Origin: an uncultured Gammaproteobacteria bacterium
GTDB lineage: Bacteria > Pseudomonadota > Gammaproteobacteria > UBA9214
Length of the DNA: 64,000 bases
Assembly (NCBI GenBank): GCA_963748215.1
Contig: CAVVHS010000003.1
Location: forward strand, 96,001 to 160,000
Direction: 5' to 3'
Both the position numbers and the translations under genes were made by a program. Positions 1-9,322 of the stretch are shown piece by piece. Every line of letters begins with the position of its first letter. Positions within the stretch are counted from its first letter, which is position 1. The notes under the pieces were generated by a model that saw nothing but the letters and a program-made list of their open reading frames with translations, ran no database searches and was not told the DNA's origin.

Positions 1-1093
1 AGTCCTCGCCGCCGGCACCCGGGGTGCGCATATCGGAGTAGATGATGTTGGTGTCGATCTGCGGGTTCTGGTCCTTGAAATACATGGCCTGCTTGATCGA
101 GGTCAGGCAGCAGTGACCGGAACAGTAGGGCAGGTGGCTTTCTTTCGTGGAACGCTGGCCGGCGCACTGCACGAACACCACGTTCTGCACTTCCTTGCCG
201 TCGGACGGGCGCTTGATCGGGCCGCCGTTGGCCTCCAGCGCCAGCTTCTCCAGGCCGGCCTGGTCGACCACGTCCGGACTCTTGCCGTAGCCGAGTTCCG
301 GCAGCTGGTTCGCATCGTAGTTGCGTGCGCCCGAGGCCATGATGATGGCGCCGAAGTTTTCCGTGCTGGTGGAGCCGGACTCGGTGGAGATGTCCGCCGA
401 GAAACGGCCCGGCGCACCGCTGGTCTTGGTCAGCGTCGAGTTGAGGTGCACGGTAATTTTGCTGTTGCTTGCGATCTTCGCCACCATCTCCGCCACGCCG
501 GTGTCTTCCGGATCGGCATAGGGCATGTGCTCGGGAATGCGCTTGTATTCGTAGTTGGCGGAGCCGCCGAGCTGGCCGCTTTTCTCGACGAGGGTGACCG
601 GGTAACCGGCCGCCGCTGCCTCGATCGCCGCCGTCATGCCGACGATACCGCCACCGACCACCAGCAGGTGATCGTTGCTGGCCGCCGCCTCGTTGACCTG
701 CGGCAGGGTCATGTACTTGATTTCGGAACAGCCCATGCGCACGTAGTCGGCGGCCATCTCCTGGGTGAGCTCGCGCGCCTCGTCGGTGTCCGGACGCGAC
801 CAGATCACGCCCTCGCGCAGGTTGGCGCGGCTGATGGCGACGTTCTCGAAGTTGAAGGCCTCGTTCTTGGAACGTCGCGAACAGGCCGCGATCATGACCT
901 TGTTGACACCCTCGTTGTCGATGTCGTTCTGGATCATGGCCACGCCTTCGGCGTTGCACAGGAAGTCGTGCTCGCGCACCAGCTTGGCCTTGCCCTCGCG
1001 CTCGGCGATGGTGGCCAGCTGGCCGCAGTCGAGCCGCTCGCCCAGGCCGCAGCCCTTGCAGATATAGGCGCCTACCTTGATTTCGTCTGCCAT
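1..1093 (-). CDS. qmoB: QmoB / HdrA-like flavoprotein, N-terminal part (runs off the window start)
   Basis: Manual translation MADEIKVGAYICKGCGLG...IAACSRR...ANLREGVIW...LLVVGGGIVGMTAA (FAD motif). Lies directly downstream of qmoA. Absent from the ORF track because it is open-ended. Confidence 0.85.
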   Translation of the reverse strand, partial: MADEIKVGAYICKGCGLGERLDCGQLATIAEREGKAKLVREHDFLCNAEGVAMIQNDIDNEGVNKVMIAACSRRSKNEAFNFENVAISRANLREGVIWSRPDTDEARELTQEMAADYVRMGCSEIKYMTLPQVNEAAASNDHLLVVGGGIVGMTAAIEAAAAGYPVTLVEKSGQLGGSANYEYKRIPEHMPYADPEDTGVAEMVAKIASNSKITVHLNSTLTKTSGAPGRFSADISTESGSTSTENFGAIIMASGARNYDANQLPELGYGKSPDVVDQAGLEKLALEANGGPIKRPSDGKEVQNVVFVQCAGQRSTKESHLPYCSGHCCLTSIKQAMYFKDQNPQIDTNIIYSDMRTPGAGGED

Positions 1094-1095
1094 GT

Positions 1096-2385
1096 TCAGC
1101 CCTCCGCTCCGGCAACCCGGTTCACGACCTGGATTGCCCGTAATGCACTTGCCGTTGCGCTCTGTACCGCGCGGTTCACATCCAGCGCGTCGGATGAACA
1201 CCCGGCCGCGAAAATACCGCCGTTCTTTTCATCCGCCTCGATGAAGCCGTTGTCGTTCACCACGACGTCGATGGGGAAGCTGTCCTTCGCCACGCTCGGC
1301 TCCATGCCGACCGCCAGCACGCACAGATCGTGCGGGTTGCTGTAGCGGTGGTAGCCCTCGGTGTCCACGCCGTGCAGGATCGGGTTGCCGCTGGCCTTGT
1401 CCTCGGTGATGTTGGCGACCTTGGACTTGATGAAGGTCACGTTCGCGTCGTCCTGCACCTTCTGGTAGAAGTCGTCGATGCGGTCGATGGCGCGGATGTC
1501 GATGTAGTAGACGGTGGCCTTGAAGTCGTCGGCGTACTTCTCGCGCAGGTAGGTGGTCTGCTTGAGCGAGGCCATGCAGCAGATGCGCGAGCAGTGCTTG
1601 AGGTGGTTGCGGTCACGCGAGCCGGCGCACTGGATGAAGGCGACGTTCTTCGCCTCCTTGCCGTCGCTCGGGCGCACGATCTTGCCGCCGGTCGGGCCGA
1701 ACGGGTCGAGCATGCGCTCGAATTCGACGCTGGTGATCACGTTGGCGAAGCGATCGTGGCCGTAGGGCTGGATCTTGTCGGCGTCGTACGGCTGCCAGCC
1801 GGTGGCCCAGATGATGGCGCCGACGGTCAGCGTGGCCTCGGATTCCTGCATGTCCAGGTCGATGGCGTCGTACTTGCACGCGGCCTTCGCCTTGTCGGCG
1901 TCCGGCGTGCCGATGATCTGCGGATCAATGACATAGCGCTGCGGGTAGGCCATGTTGAACGGCAGGTAGGCGCCCTTGCGCTTGTTTCATGCCGTAGTCG
2001 TACTCGTTGTCGAATTCGCTTTCCACGGCCTTTTCGCACTCGCCGCAGGCGGTGCAGTTGTCGTTCACGTAGCGCGGGTGGGTCTTCAGCGTGACGCTGT
2101 AGTTGCCGGCCTCGCCGCTGACCGCGGAGACCTCTGACATGGTCAGCACGCGTCAGGTTGCGGTTGGCCTTGATGCGGCGCAGGTTGATTTCCAGGCCGC
2201 AGGACGGGATGACATAGCTTGGGGAAATACTTGTAAAGCTGGCTGACCCGGCCGCCCAGGGACGGGTTCTTCTCCACGAGTATCACCTGCTTGCCGCATT
2301 CGGCAGCCTCGATGGCGGCGGTGACGCCGCTGATGCCGCCTCCCACCACCAGAATGGTCTGGTTGGTTGCGATTACATCCGACAT
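1096..2385 (-). CDS. qmoA: QmoA / HdrA-like flavoprotein, split by three apparent single-base insertions
   Basis: ORFs 2143-2385, 1925-2149 and 1096-1953 join into ILVVGGGISG...YFPKLCHP...CTACGECEKA...FIQCAGSRD..HCSRICCMASLKQ. Frame breaks near 2205, 2152 and 1985. Confidence 0.85.
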
Positions 2386-2643
2386 TGTTATCCCTCCAGT
2401 AAACGCCAGGGGCGCATATAACTACATGAATTCTTTGGTTTTCCGAATCGGCCACGGTGGCTGGCGCAAGCCTGCGCGCACGAGTCGGGGCAGGAAAACA
2501 GGGCGATAACCTTACCGCGTCTGCCAATACCGCGCCATATATACAAGGTGGTGAAAGCTATCGAATTTTGCGATGCAGAAATAGAAACGATATATAAGGT
2601 ATGGCCTCGCGCCGTCGCGGCGCGGTCAGGCCTGGCCTCGCGC

Positions 2644-2756
2644 ACGACTACAAGGAGGAGGTGAGGCCGGGAACCGGTCGAGAGACTGGCCTGGGCGATG
2701 TAGGAGGTAGAGCACCAACAGTAGGCGCTTTAGGCGACGCAGGAGTAGTTGCCGAG
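2644..2756. repeat. Interspersed structured element, copy 1 (ACGACT...TTGCCGAG)
   Basis: 48-nt core 2653-2700 aligns without gaps to 43831-43878, and both ends are shared. Confidence 0.65.
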
Positions 2757-2981
2757 AGACGCGAAGGCGCAAAGGAAAAATGCCACAGAGGACGCAGAGC
2801 CCACAGAGCTAACGAATGCTCGATTGTAGGAGTGGACCGCGTCCGCGAACTTTTTTGTAAAGGTAGCGAAACAGCTCGCAGTCACCAATTCGCCATAATA
2901 ATGACGTCCATAGACTGTAGAATGTGCTGAGCCCGCGAACCGCATCGGTCAGCTACCCGCAGGAGCGCGATCGGCAAATTT

Positions 2982-3029
2982 GTAGGGTGCGTTTCACGCA
3001 CCGGAAACGGTGCACAAAGTGCACCCTAC
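2982..3029. repeat. GTAG-type REP doublet (REPIN)
   Basis: gtagggtgcgtttcacgcacc followed by inverted ggtgcacaaagtgcaccctac. Related copies near 53176-53257. Confidence 0.75.
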
Positions 3030-3106
3030 GCCCACATGCTTGCTCGCAGGTGTGATTTGCGAGCGCGATCTTTTTTCACCGAGCTCAGCACACACGTCCC
3101 GCTTGC

Positions 3107-3141
3107 TCCCTCCCCCTTCTGGGGGAGGGTTGGGAGAGGGG
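3107..3141. repeat. CCCTC-type palindromic repeat
   Basis: tccctcccccttctgggggagggttgggagagggg hairpin. Confidence 0.55.
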
Positions 3142-3242
3142 ATATCAATCAAGCTCCTGGCAACAGACCCGCCCCTGTGCTCCCCGTCCCCGCTATGGCA
3201 AGATGCCTCATCGACTAAATAAATCACGGAGTTGGAATCAAA

Positions 3243-4055
3243 GTGACCGTCCGCACCATCAAACCCGAAGAATATTTCATCGAGCAGGAACCCTACTACG
3301 AACCGGTCGGCGACGAGATCACCATCTTCGAAGCGGCCTATAAAAATCAGTTACCTGTCCTGCTCAAGGGCCCGACCGGCTGCGGCAAGACGCGCTTCAT
3401 GGAACACATGGCCTGGCGCCTCAAGCGCCCGCTGATCACCGTGTCCTGCCACGACGACCTGACCGCTTCTGACCTGGTCGGGCGCTACCTCATCACCGGC
3501 GGCGAGACCGTCTGGGTCGACGGGCCCCTGGCGCGCGCCGTGCGCAGCGGCGCCATCTGCTACCTCGACGAGGTCGTCGAGGCGCGCAAGGACACCACCG
3601 TGGTCATCCACCCGCTCGCCGACGACCGCCGCGTGCTGCCCATGGAAAAGCTCGGCCAGGTGATCGAGGCCGGCCCCGAGTTCTGCATGGCCATCTCCTA
3701 CAACCCCGGCTACCAGAGCGTGCTCAAGGACCTCAAGCAGTCCACCCGCCAGCGCTTCGTGGCACTGGAGTTCGACTACCCGTCAGCGCAACTCGAAACC
3801 AAGATCCTCGTCAACGAAACCGGCATCGACCAGAAGACCGCCGAACAGCTCATCAAGTTCGCGCAGATGACGCGCAACCTGAAAGGTAGCGGGCTGGAGG
3901 AGGGGGCGAGCACGCGGTTGCTGGTGCATGCGGCGAAGTTGATCCACTCGGGGATTAACCCGGTGGTGGCGTGCAGGAGTTGTATTGCTGAAGCACTCAC
4001 CGACGATGCGGAGATGTTGACGGCGGTGCATGAGTTGAGTGCGTCGGTTTTTTGA
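3243..4055 (+). CDS. CbbQ/NirQ/NorQ/GpvN family AAA+ ATPase
   Basis: Walker [22 protein letters not shown], Walker [18 protein letters not shown]. Confidence 0.9.
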   Translation: MTVRTIKPEEYFIEQEPYYEPVGDEITIFEAAYKNQLPVLLKGPTGCGKTRFMEHMAWRLKRPLITVSCHDDLTASDLVGRYLITGGETVWVDGPLARAVRSGAICYLDEVVEARKDTTVVIHPLADDRRVLPMEKLGQVIEAGPEFCMAISYNPGYQSVLKDLKQSTRQRFVALEFDYPSAQLETKILVNETGIDQKTAEQLIKFAQMTRNLKGSGLEEGASTRLLVHAAKLIHSGINPVVACRSCIAEALTDDAEMLTAVHELSASVF

Positions 4056-4125
4056 TAGATGTTCCGGATAGAGATTCAGGAAATAATTAAGCAATAAAAT
4101 GTGTCGCCGAAAATGTATCCGGCAC

Positions 4126-4513
4126 CACTGCTGTCCCATAAACTTTTCATACCAGGCAGAGTTGCGGTGTATCGAGTGGTTTCTGATCCGTAGAATCACC
4201 TCGAAGCAGTGCCATCAGGTCACGCCGCATAAACAGGTTGAGTTGAAGCAGGCGCAGGATGTGCTGCATGGACGCACCAACTCGTGACAAATATTTCAAG
4301 TAGGCAAGCAGCAAATATACACAAATCGAAACCCAGATTTGGGTCAGTACGGCATTTCTGCTGGTGCCCAGGAAGCTGCGTATTTTCAGGTTCTGCTTTA
4401 TCCATTTGAAGAACAGTTCGATCTGCCAGCGTTGCTTGTAGATGGCTGCAATGGTAGTGGCTGCCAGCGCGAAATGATTCGTCAGGAATTCATAACGCTG
4501 TCCCGTGTCGATC
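4126..4513 (-). mobile_element. IS4-family remnant: transposase C-terminus plus terminal inverted repeat
   Basis: Minus strand reads RYEFLTNHFALAATTIAAIYKQRWQIELFFKWIKQNLKIRSFLGTS (YREK motif). Stop at 4147-4149. End sequence cactgctgtcccataaac at 4126-4143. Confidence 0.85.
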
Positions 4514-4519
4514 GATATA

Positions 4520-4589
4520 AATCAATAGGGTCAGACTCCATTGATTCGTCAATTCTGCGTCTAATCAATGGAGTCTGACCCCTTTGATT
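4520..4589. repeat. REP family A doublet (REPIN)
   Basis: aatcaatagggtcagactccattgatt...aatcaatggagtctgacccctttgatt inverted pair. Confidence 0.9.
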
Positions 4590-4686
4590 TTTGATCTTTT
4601 TTAGAGAAAAATTTGCCGGCCAGGAGTTTATGGCCGGCGGCGAGCGGAGACAGCCATTTGTCGTCCGGGGCGCTACAATGGCGGCC

Positions 4687-6588
4687 ATGCTGCAATTTGA
4701 CAATCTTGCCCTGAGACGCGGGCCACGGCTGCTGTTCGAGAACGCCACCCTGCAGATCCACCCGGGATGGAAGGTCGGCGTCACCGGCACGAACGGCACC
4801 GGCAAGTCGAGCCTGTTCGCCCTGATCCGCGACGAACTGCATGCCGATGCCGGCGCGTGCCGGTATCCGGCCGACTGGGTGATCGCCCATGTGGCGCAGG
4901 AGATGCTGGCCGAGGCGCGTGCGGCCATCGAGTACGTGCTCGACGGGGACGAGGGGCTGCGTGCGGTCGAGGCTGCGCTCGCCGCAGCGGAAGACCGGCA
5001 TGATGGCGAGCAGCTCGGCACACTGCACGCGCAGTTTGATGCCATCGGCGGCTACACGGCACGTAGCCGCGCCGCGCAGTTGCTGCATGGCCTGGGTTTC
5101 AGCAGCGCCGACGAGGACCGTCCGGTCAGCGATTTCTCGGGCGGCTGGCGCATGCGGCTGAACCTCGCCCGCGCGCTCATGTGCCGCTCGGACCTGCTGC
5201 TGCTTGACGAGCCCACCAACCATCTGGACCTTGATGCAGTCATCTGGCTGGAAAACTGGCTGTGCGCCTATGCCGGCACGCTGCTGCTGATCTCGCACGA
5301 CCGGGATTTCCTCGACAGCGTGGCCAGCCATATCGCCCACATCGAGCGCCAGCGACTCACGCTCTACAGCGGCAACTATTCGGCGTTCGAACGCCGGCGC
5401 GCGGAATACCTGGCCGGCCAGCAGGCGCAATACGAGAAACAGCAGCGCGAGATCGCTCACATGCATTCCTTTGTCGAGCGCTTCCGTGCCAAAGCCACCA
5501 AGGCGCGCCAGGCCCAGAGTCGTCTGAAGGCCCTGCAGCGCATGGAACTGATTGCCCCGGCGCACGTAGACTCACCGTTCCACTTCAGCCTGCGCGAGCC
5601 TGCGAAATTGCCGGACCCGCTGCTGCGCCTGCGCGCGGTGGCCGCCGGCTACGGCGAGACAACCGTCATCGGCGGCGTTGAACTCAGCCTCTCCCCGGGC
5701 GAACGCATCGGCCTGCTGGGTCCCAACGGCGCCGGCAAATCCACGCTGATCAAGCTGCTGGCCGGCGTGATCGAGCCGCAGCAGGGCAGGCGCGAGCCGG
5801 CGCAGGACCTGCGGATCGGCTATTTCGCCCAGCACCAGGTCGAGCAGCTCGATGCGCAGGCCTCGCCTCTAGCGCACCTGCTGCGGATCGATCCGAAGGC
5901 ACGTGAGCAGGAACTGCGCGATTATCTCGGCGGCTTCGGCTTTCCCGCCGACCAGGCGCTGGCACCGACCGGTCCGTTTTCGGGCGGAGAGAAATCGCGA
6001 CTGGTGCTGGCGCTGCTGGTCTATCAGCGGCCGAACCTGCTGCTGCTCGATGAGCCCACCAACCATCTGGACCTGGAAATGCGTCAGGCGCTGGCCACGG
6101 CCCTGCAGGACTTCGCCGGCGCCATGGTGCTGGTTTCGCACGACCGCCATCTGCTGCGTGTTACCAGCGACCGGCTGGTGCTGGTGTACGCCGGCAGGGT
6201 GGAGGAATTTCCGGACAGCCTGGATGATTACCCACAGTGGCTGACCATGCAGAACCGCCAGAGCCGGGTTGTGCCAGTAAACGCCGATGGCCCGAGTGGC
6301 GCGGCCCGGCGCAAGGAGAAAAAGCGCCAGGAGGCCGAACAGCGCCGACAGTCGCGGCCGCTGCGCGAGAAAATCTCGAAGGCGGAAGCCGCGCTTGCCG
6401 GCATGCACGCGCGGCAGCATGAACTCGAGAAGTGCCTCGCTGAACCCGGACTCTATCGCATGGAGAACAAGACCCGGCTGAATGAACTGCTGCGGGAGAA
6501 GGCGGACGTCGATCGGGAGAGTGAAGCCCTGGAACGTGACTGGCTGGAGGCCTGCGAACAACTGGAAGCGCGGCAGGCAGGTAAATAG
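4687..6588 (+). CDS. yheS: ABC-F family ATPase (YheS-like)
   Basis: Two ABC domains (GTNGTGKS, FSGGWRMR, LLDEPTNHLD; GPNGAGKS, FSGGEKSR), no TM segments, C-terminal coiled coil. Start placed at the ATG after the repeat. Confidence 0.85.
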   Translation: MLQFDNLALRRGPRLLFENATLQIHPGWKVGVTGTNGTGKSSLFALIRDELHADAGACRYPADWVIAHVAQEMLAEARAAIEYVLDGDEGLRAVEAALAAAEDRHDGEQLGTLHAQFDAIGGYTARSRAAQLLHGLGFSSADEDRPVSDFSGGWRMRLNLARALMCRSDLLLLDEPTNHLDLDAVIWLENWLCAYAGTLLLISHDRDFLDSVASHIAHIERQRLTLYSGNYSAFERRRAEYLAGQQAQYEKQQREIAHMHSFVERFRAKATKARQAQSRLKALQRMELIAPAHVDSPFHFSLREPAKLPDPLLRLRAVAAGYGETTVIGGVELSLSPGERIGLLGPNGAGKSTLIKLLAGVIEPQQGRREPAQDLRIGYFAQHQVEQLDAQASPLAHLLRIDPKAREQELRDYLGGFGFPADQALAPTGPFSGGEKSRLVLALLVYQRPNLLLLDEPTNHLDLEMRQALATALQDFAGAMVLVSHDRHLLRVTSDRLVLVYAGRVEEFPDSLDDYPQWLTMQNRQSRVVPVNADGPSGAARRKEKKRQEAEQRRQSRPLREKISKAEAALAGMHARQHELEKCLAEPGLYRMENKTRLNELLREKADVDRESEALERDWLEACEQLEARQAGK

Positions 6589-6620
6589 GGGACAGGCCAC
6601 GATTTCCCGGTAAATTGTCG

Positions 6621-6685
6621 AATCAATAGGGTCAGACTCGATTGATTCGTCAACAAGATGTCTGATAAATGGAGACAGCCCCCAT
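6621..6685. repeat. REP family A copy with degenerate second arm, preceded by a family C half (6587-6606)
   Basis: aatcaatagggtcagactcgattgattcgtcaacaagatgtctga, same spacer as the 29603 copy. Confidence 0.85.
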
Positions 6686-6736
6686 TGATCTGGGGACGGG
6701 ATAGGCTACTGGCAGCAGTCTGAATGTGCAGTTTGT

Positions 6737-7489
6737 TCAACGGCAATACCATTCAACAAACCGCCTGAGAATTTCCTGGGCATGCAGGGTGGGCTTCTGG
6801 CTGACTCGCTTTTTCAGTTCTTCCGCTTCATGTGGTTCGAAATAGCCGTGATTGCGGTAGGTGTCGATACGCAATACAAATTCTTCGGCGTCTCCTTCCG
6901 GGTGGAACTGGGTGGCATACACGTTTTCGCCGATGCGAAACATCTGTATCGGGCAGCCGCTGCCTTTCATCAGTAACGTCGCCCCTTCGGGAAGGGTGTC
7001 GACGGCCTCCTTGTGTCCGAGCAAAACGTCGATCTGATCAGGAAAACCCCGAAGCAGTTTGTCCTGTTTGCCGGCCTCGGTAATATCCAGCGTGACGCAA
7101 CCCACGGCTTCGCCGTGCATTGTCGAGATACGGGTGCCGAGGTAGTTGCCCAGCAGGCCGTTGCCGGAGCAGGCGCCGAGAAAGGGAAAGTCCCGTGCGA
7201 CGACCTGTTCCAGTAGCCGGTTGAAATCGGCCTCGATCTTTTTCTGGATGCCGGATTTTCTGTCTTCCTGGGTGCTGATATCGAACGGGCTGCCACCGAC
7301 AATGATCGCGGAATAGTCTTCCGGGTTCAGGTTATCAGGGATGCCTCGCAGCTCGATGCGTTTCCTGCAGGTGTCACCGGCCTGTAAGCCGCCGTATTTC
7401 AGTATGCAGGCATATTCACTGTCGGACGTGATGTCTTCCGGTCGCAGTTGCAGAATCAGAACGGGTTTCCTGACAGCCATGGGTGACAT
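6737..7489 (-). CDS. Class I glutamine amidotransferase-like protein
   Basis: IIVGGSP, PFLGACSG nucleophile elbow, ATQFHPE. Confidence 0.85.
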   Translation of the reverse strand: MSPMAVRKPVLILQLRPEDITSDSEYACILKYGGLQAGDTCRKRIELRGIPDNLNPEDYSAIIVGGSPFDISTQEDRKSGIQKKIEADFNRLLEQVVARDFPFLGACSGNGLLGNYLGTRISTMHGEAVGCVTLDITEAGKQDKLLRGFPDQIDVLLGHKEAVDTLPEGATLLMKGSGCPIQMFRIGENVYATQFHPEGDAEEFVLRIDTYRNHGYFEPHEAEELKKRVSQKPTLHAQEILRRFVEWYCR

Positions 7490-7505
7490 TGTATTCCAAT
7501 CGCCA

Positions 7506-7611
7506 GGTTCAGACTCCATTGATCCGGCAGGATACTGCCATGACAATCATCTGATACAGGTTGTCAGAGCACGTATTTTCATACTATAAACAGGATAAAT
7601 GCTCTGATGCC
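7506..7611. repeat. Degenerate family A arm (7506-7523) and family B doublet (7559-7611)
   Basis: ggttcagactccattgat; gtcagagcacgt...aatgctctgatgcc. Confidence 0.6.
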
Positions 7612-7651
7612 ACTTTCTACGTGATACGGTCGGGAATCACGGAGTTGTGCC

Positions 7652-8377
7652 ATGCGTTATGAACTATTCTACTGGCCATCCATCCAGGGACGCGGGGAAT
7701 TCGTGCGGCTGGCACTGGAGGATACGGGCGCCGATTATTTGGACGTGGCGCGGGAACGCGGGCGTGGCCTGGGCATTGATGCCATGCTGCGTCTGATGAC
7801 TGACCCGGAGCTGGTGCGCCTGCCTTTCGCGCCCCCCTTCCTGCGGGCGGGCAGGCAGCTCATCGCGCAGACCGCGAATATTCTGCATTTCCTGGGCCCA
7901 CACCTGGGACTGGTGCCCGACTCCGCTGCAGGCCGGCTGTGGGTGCACCAGTTGCAACTCACCGTGGAAGATCTCGTGGTCGATGTGCATGACACCCATC
8001 ACCCGGTCGCCATGAGTCTCTATTACGAGGCGCAGAAAACCGAGGCCGTACGGCGTGCCGGATTCTTCACCAGGGAGCGCGCACCCGAGTTGCTGGGTTA
8101 CTTCGAAAATGTGCTGCAGCGCAATAGGGGCGGTCGCGGTTACATGGTCGGGCGCACATTCAGCTATGTCGACTTGTCGATGTTCCAGGTCATCGAGGGA
8201 CTGGGATATGCGTTCCCGAACATGATGGCGCGTCTTGCGCCGGAGATCCCTGGCCTGATGGGACTGCATTCACGCGTTGCGCAGCGGCCGAACGTCGCCG
8301 CGTATCTCGCCTCCAGGCGGCGTCTGCCGTTCAACGAAGACGGGATCTTCCGGCACTATCCGGAACTGGACGCCTGA
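7652..8377 (+). CDS. Glutathione S-transferase family protein
   Basis: LFYWPSIQGRGEFVRLALE, PFAPPFL, AQTANIL, SYVDLSMFQ. Confidence 0.9.
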   Translation: MRYELFYWPSIQGRGEFVRLALEDTGADYLDVARERGRGLGIDAMLRLMTDPELVRLPFAPPFLRAGRQLIAQTANILHFLGPHLGLVPDSAAGRLWVHQLQLTVEDLVVDVHDTHHPVAMSLYYEAQKTEAVRRAGFFTRERAPELLGYFENVLQRNRGGRGYMVGRTFSYVDLSMFQVIEGLGYAFPNMMARLAPEIPGLMGLHSRVAQRPNVAAYLASRRRLPFNEDGIFRHYPELDA

Positions 8378-8516
8378 ATCAATAGGAATCAATAGGGTCA
8401 GACTCGATTGAATCTTTAAATAGCCAGCGCCTGACTGTTTCTCCTTTTCGAGAGTAATAGGGGACGGACCACGTTTTCAGATATACAGACCGCCAGGGAA
8501 ACGTGGTCTGTCCCCT
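8377..8516. repeat. Family A arm with stuttered end, partial transposase-leader sequence and family C doublet
   Basis: aatcaataggaatcaatagggtcagactcgattga; cagcgcctgactgtttctcct; ggggacggaccacgttt...aaacgtggtctgtcccct (8459-8516). Confidence 0.8.
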
Positions 8517-8557
8517 GTTATATAACTGGGATCTGACGCCATTGATACAGTGCCGGT

Positions 8558-9322
8558 TCATTTGCCCCGCGCTGCCAACTCGGGCCAGAGATCTTCCATG
8601 TGCGGTCCCCACACCGGATTGCGCTCGAGGTCCTGCAGAACCCGTTCGATTCGCCCACGCCGTTCTTCCTCGGACAGGTATTCGAGGTCCGGCATGTCCG
8701 GCATACCGCGGGGGGTATCCGCGTGCCGCTCGAGGAACTGATCGAACTCCGTTTGAAGACATTGCCGAAGGGATACCCGGACCGCTTCTGTCATTTCGAT
8801 TTGGGAGCTCGAATCGGCTGCTTCGGCGTGTGCTGCGTAGCTCAGCCGGTCGAGCTCCCGAATCGTCTGAGACCAGCGTTCCGGATCGTCGGTGAGGTCC
8901 GCGAGCCGCACGACGCGATTGGTACGGTCATTCTCTACAAGGCCCGGTCGGGTCTCGGTGGCCGGCGCTATTGGCCCGAACAGGTGATGCAGTTCGGGTA
9001 CGTAGACCCATTCGATCCAGGGTACGAGTTCGCCGTCCAGGGGCTGGTGGAGCTGCACGAATCCGGGCACGTCGTAGGACGCGTTCGCATCCGTCAGCAG
9101 GACTTCGCCAGGCCTGTAATAGCTCAGGCTATCGACGAAGTTGAATCGCGAGCCTTTGTAACGATAGGCAACGAAAGCTTTGGCAACTGACCGGCCTTCA
9201 AGGTCTGTAACCGTTCCGGACAAGGATGGCACGATGGAGATCGACACGGCGGTGATCGCCAGTGCAGTTCCAACCAGTGCAACCGTCAGGACGCGAACGA
9301 ACCATGAACGCCTCCGTCCCAT
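8558..9322 (-). CDS. Hypothetical membrane-anchored protein
   Basis: 254-aa ORF with N-terminal hydrophobic segment. Abuts the upstream gene. Confidence 0.65.
   Translation of the reverse strand: MGRRRSWFVRVLTVALVGTALAITAVSISIVPSLSGTVTDLEGRSVAKAFVAYRYKGSRFNFVDSLSYYRPGEVLLTDANASYDVPGFVQLHQPLDGELVPWIEWVYVPELHHLFGPIAPATETRPGLVENDRTNRVVRLADLTDDPERWSQTIRELDRLSYAAHAEAADSSSQIEMTEAVRVSLRQCLQTEFDQFLERHADTPRGMPDMPDLEYLSEEERRGRIERVLQDLERNPVWGPHMEDLWPELAARGK

Noticed and set aside
113-1345. 410-aa plus-strand ORF and similar long antisense ORFs (4561-5565, 54590-55630, 57615-58622)
   Set aside because: Shadow frames of well-supported opposite-strand genes in GC-rich DNA.
1925-2220. Programmed frameshifting in qmoA
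   Set aside because: No slippery heptamers. Three scattered insertions fit sequencing error better.
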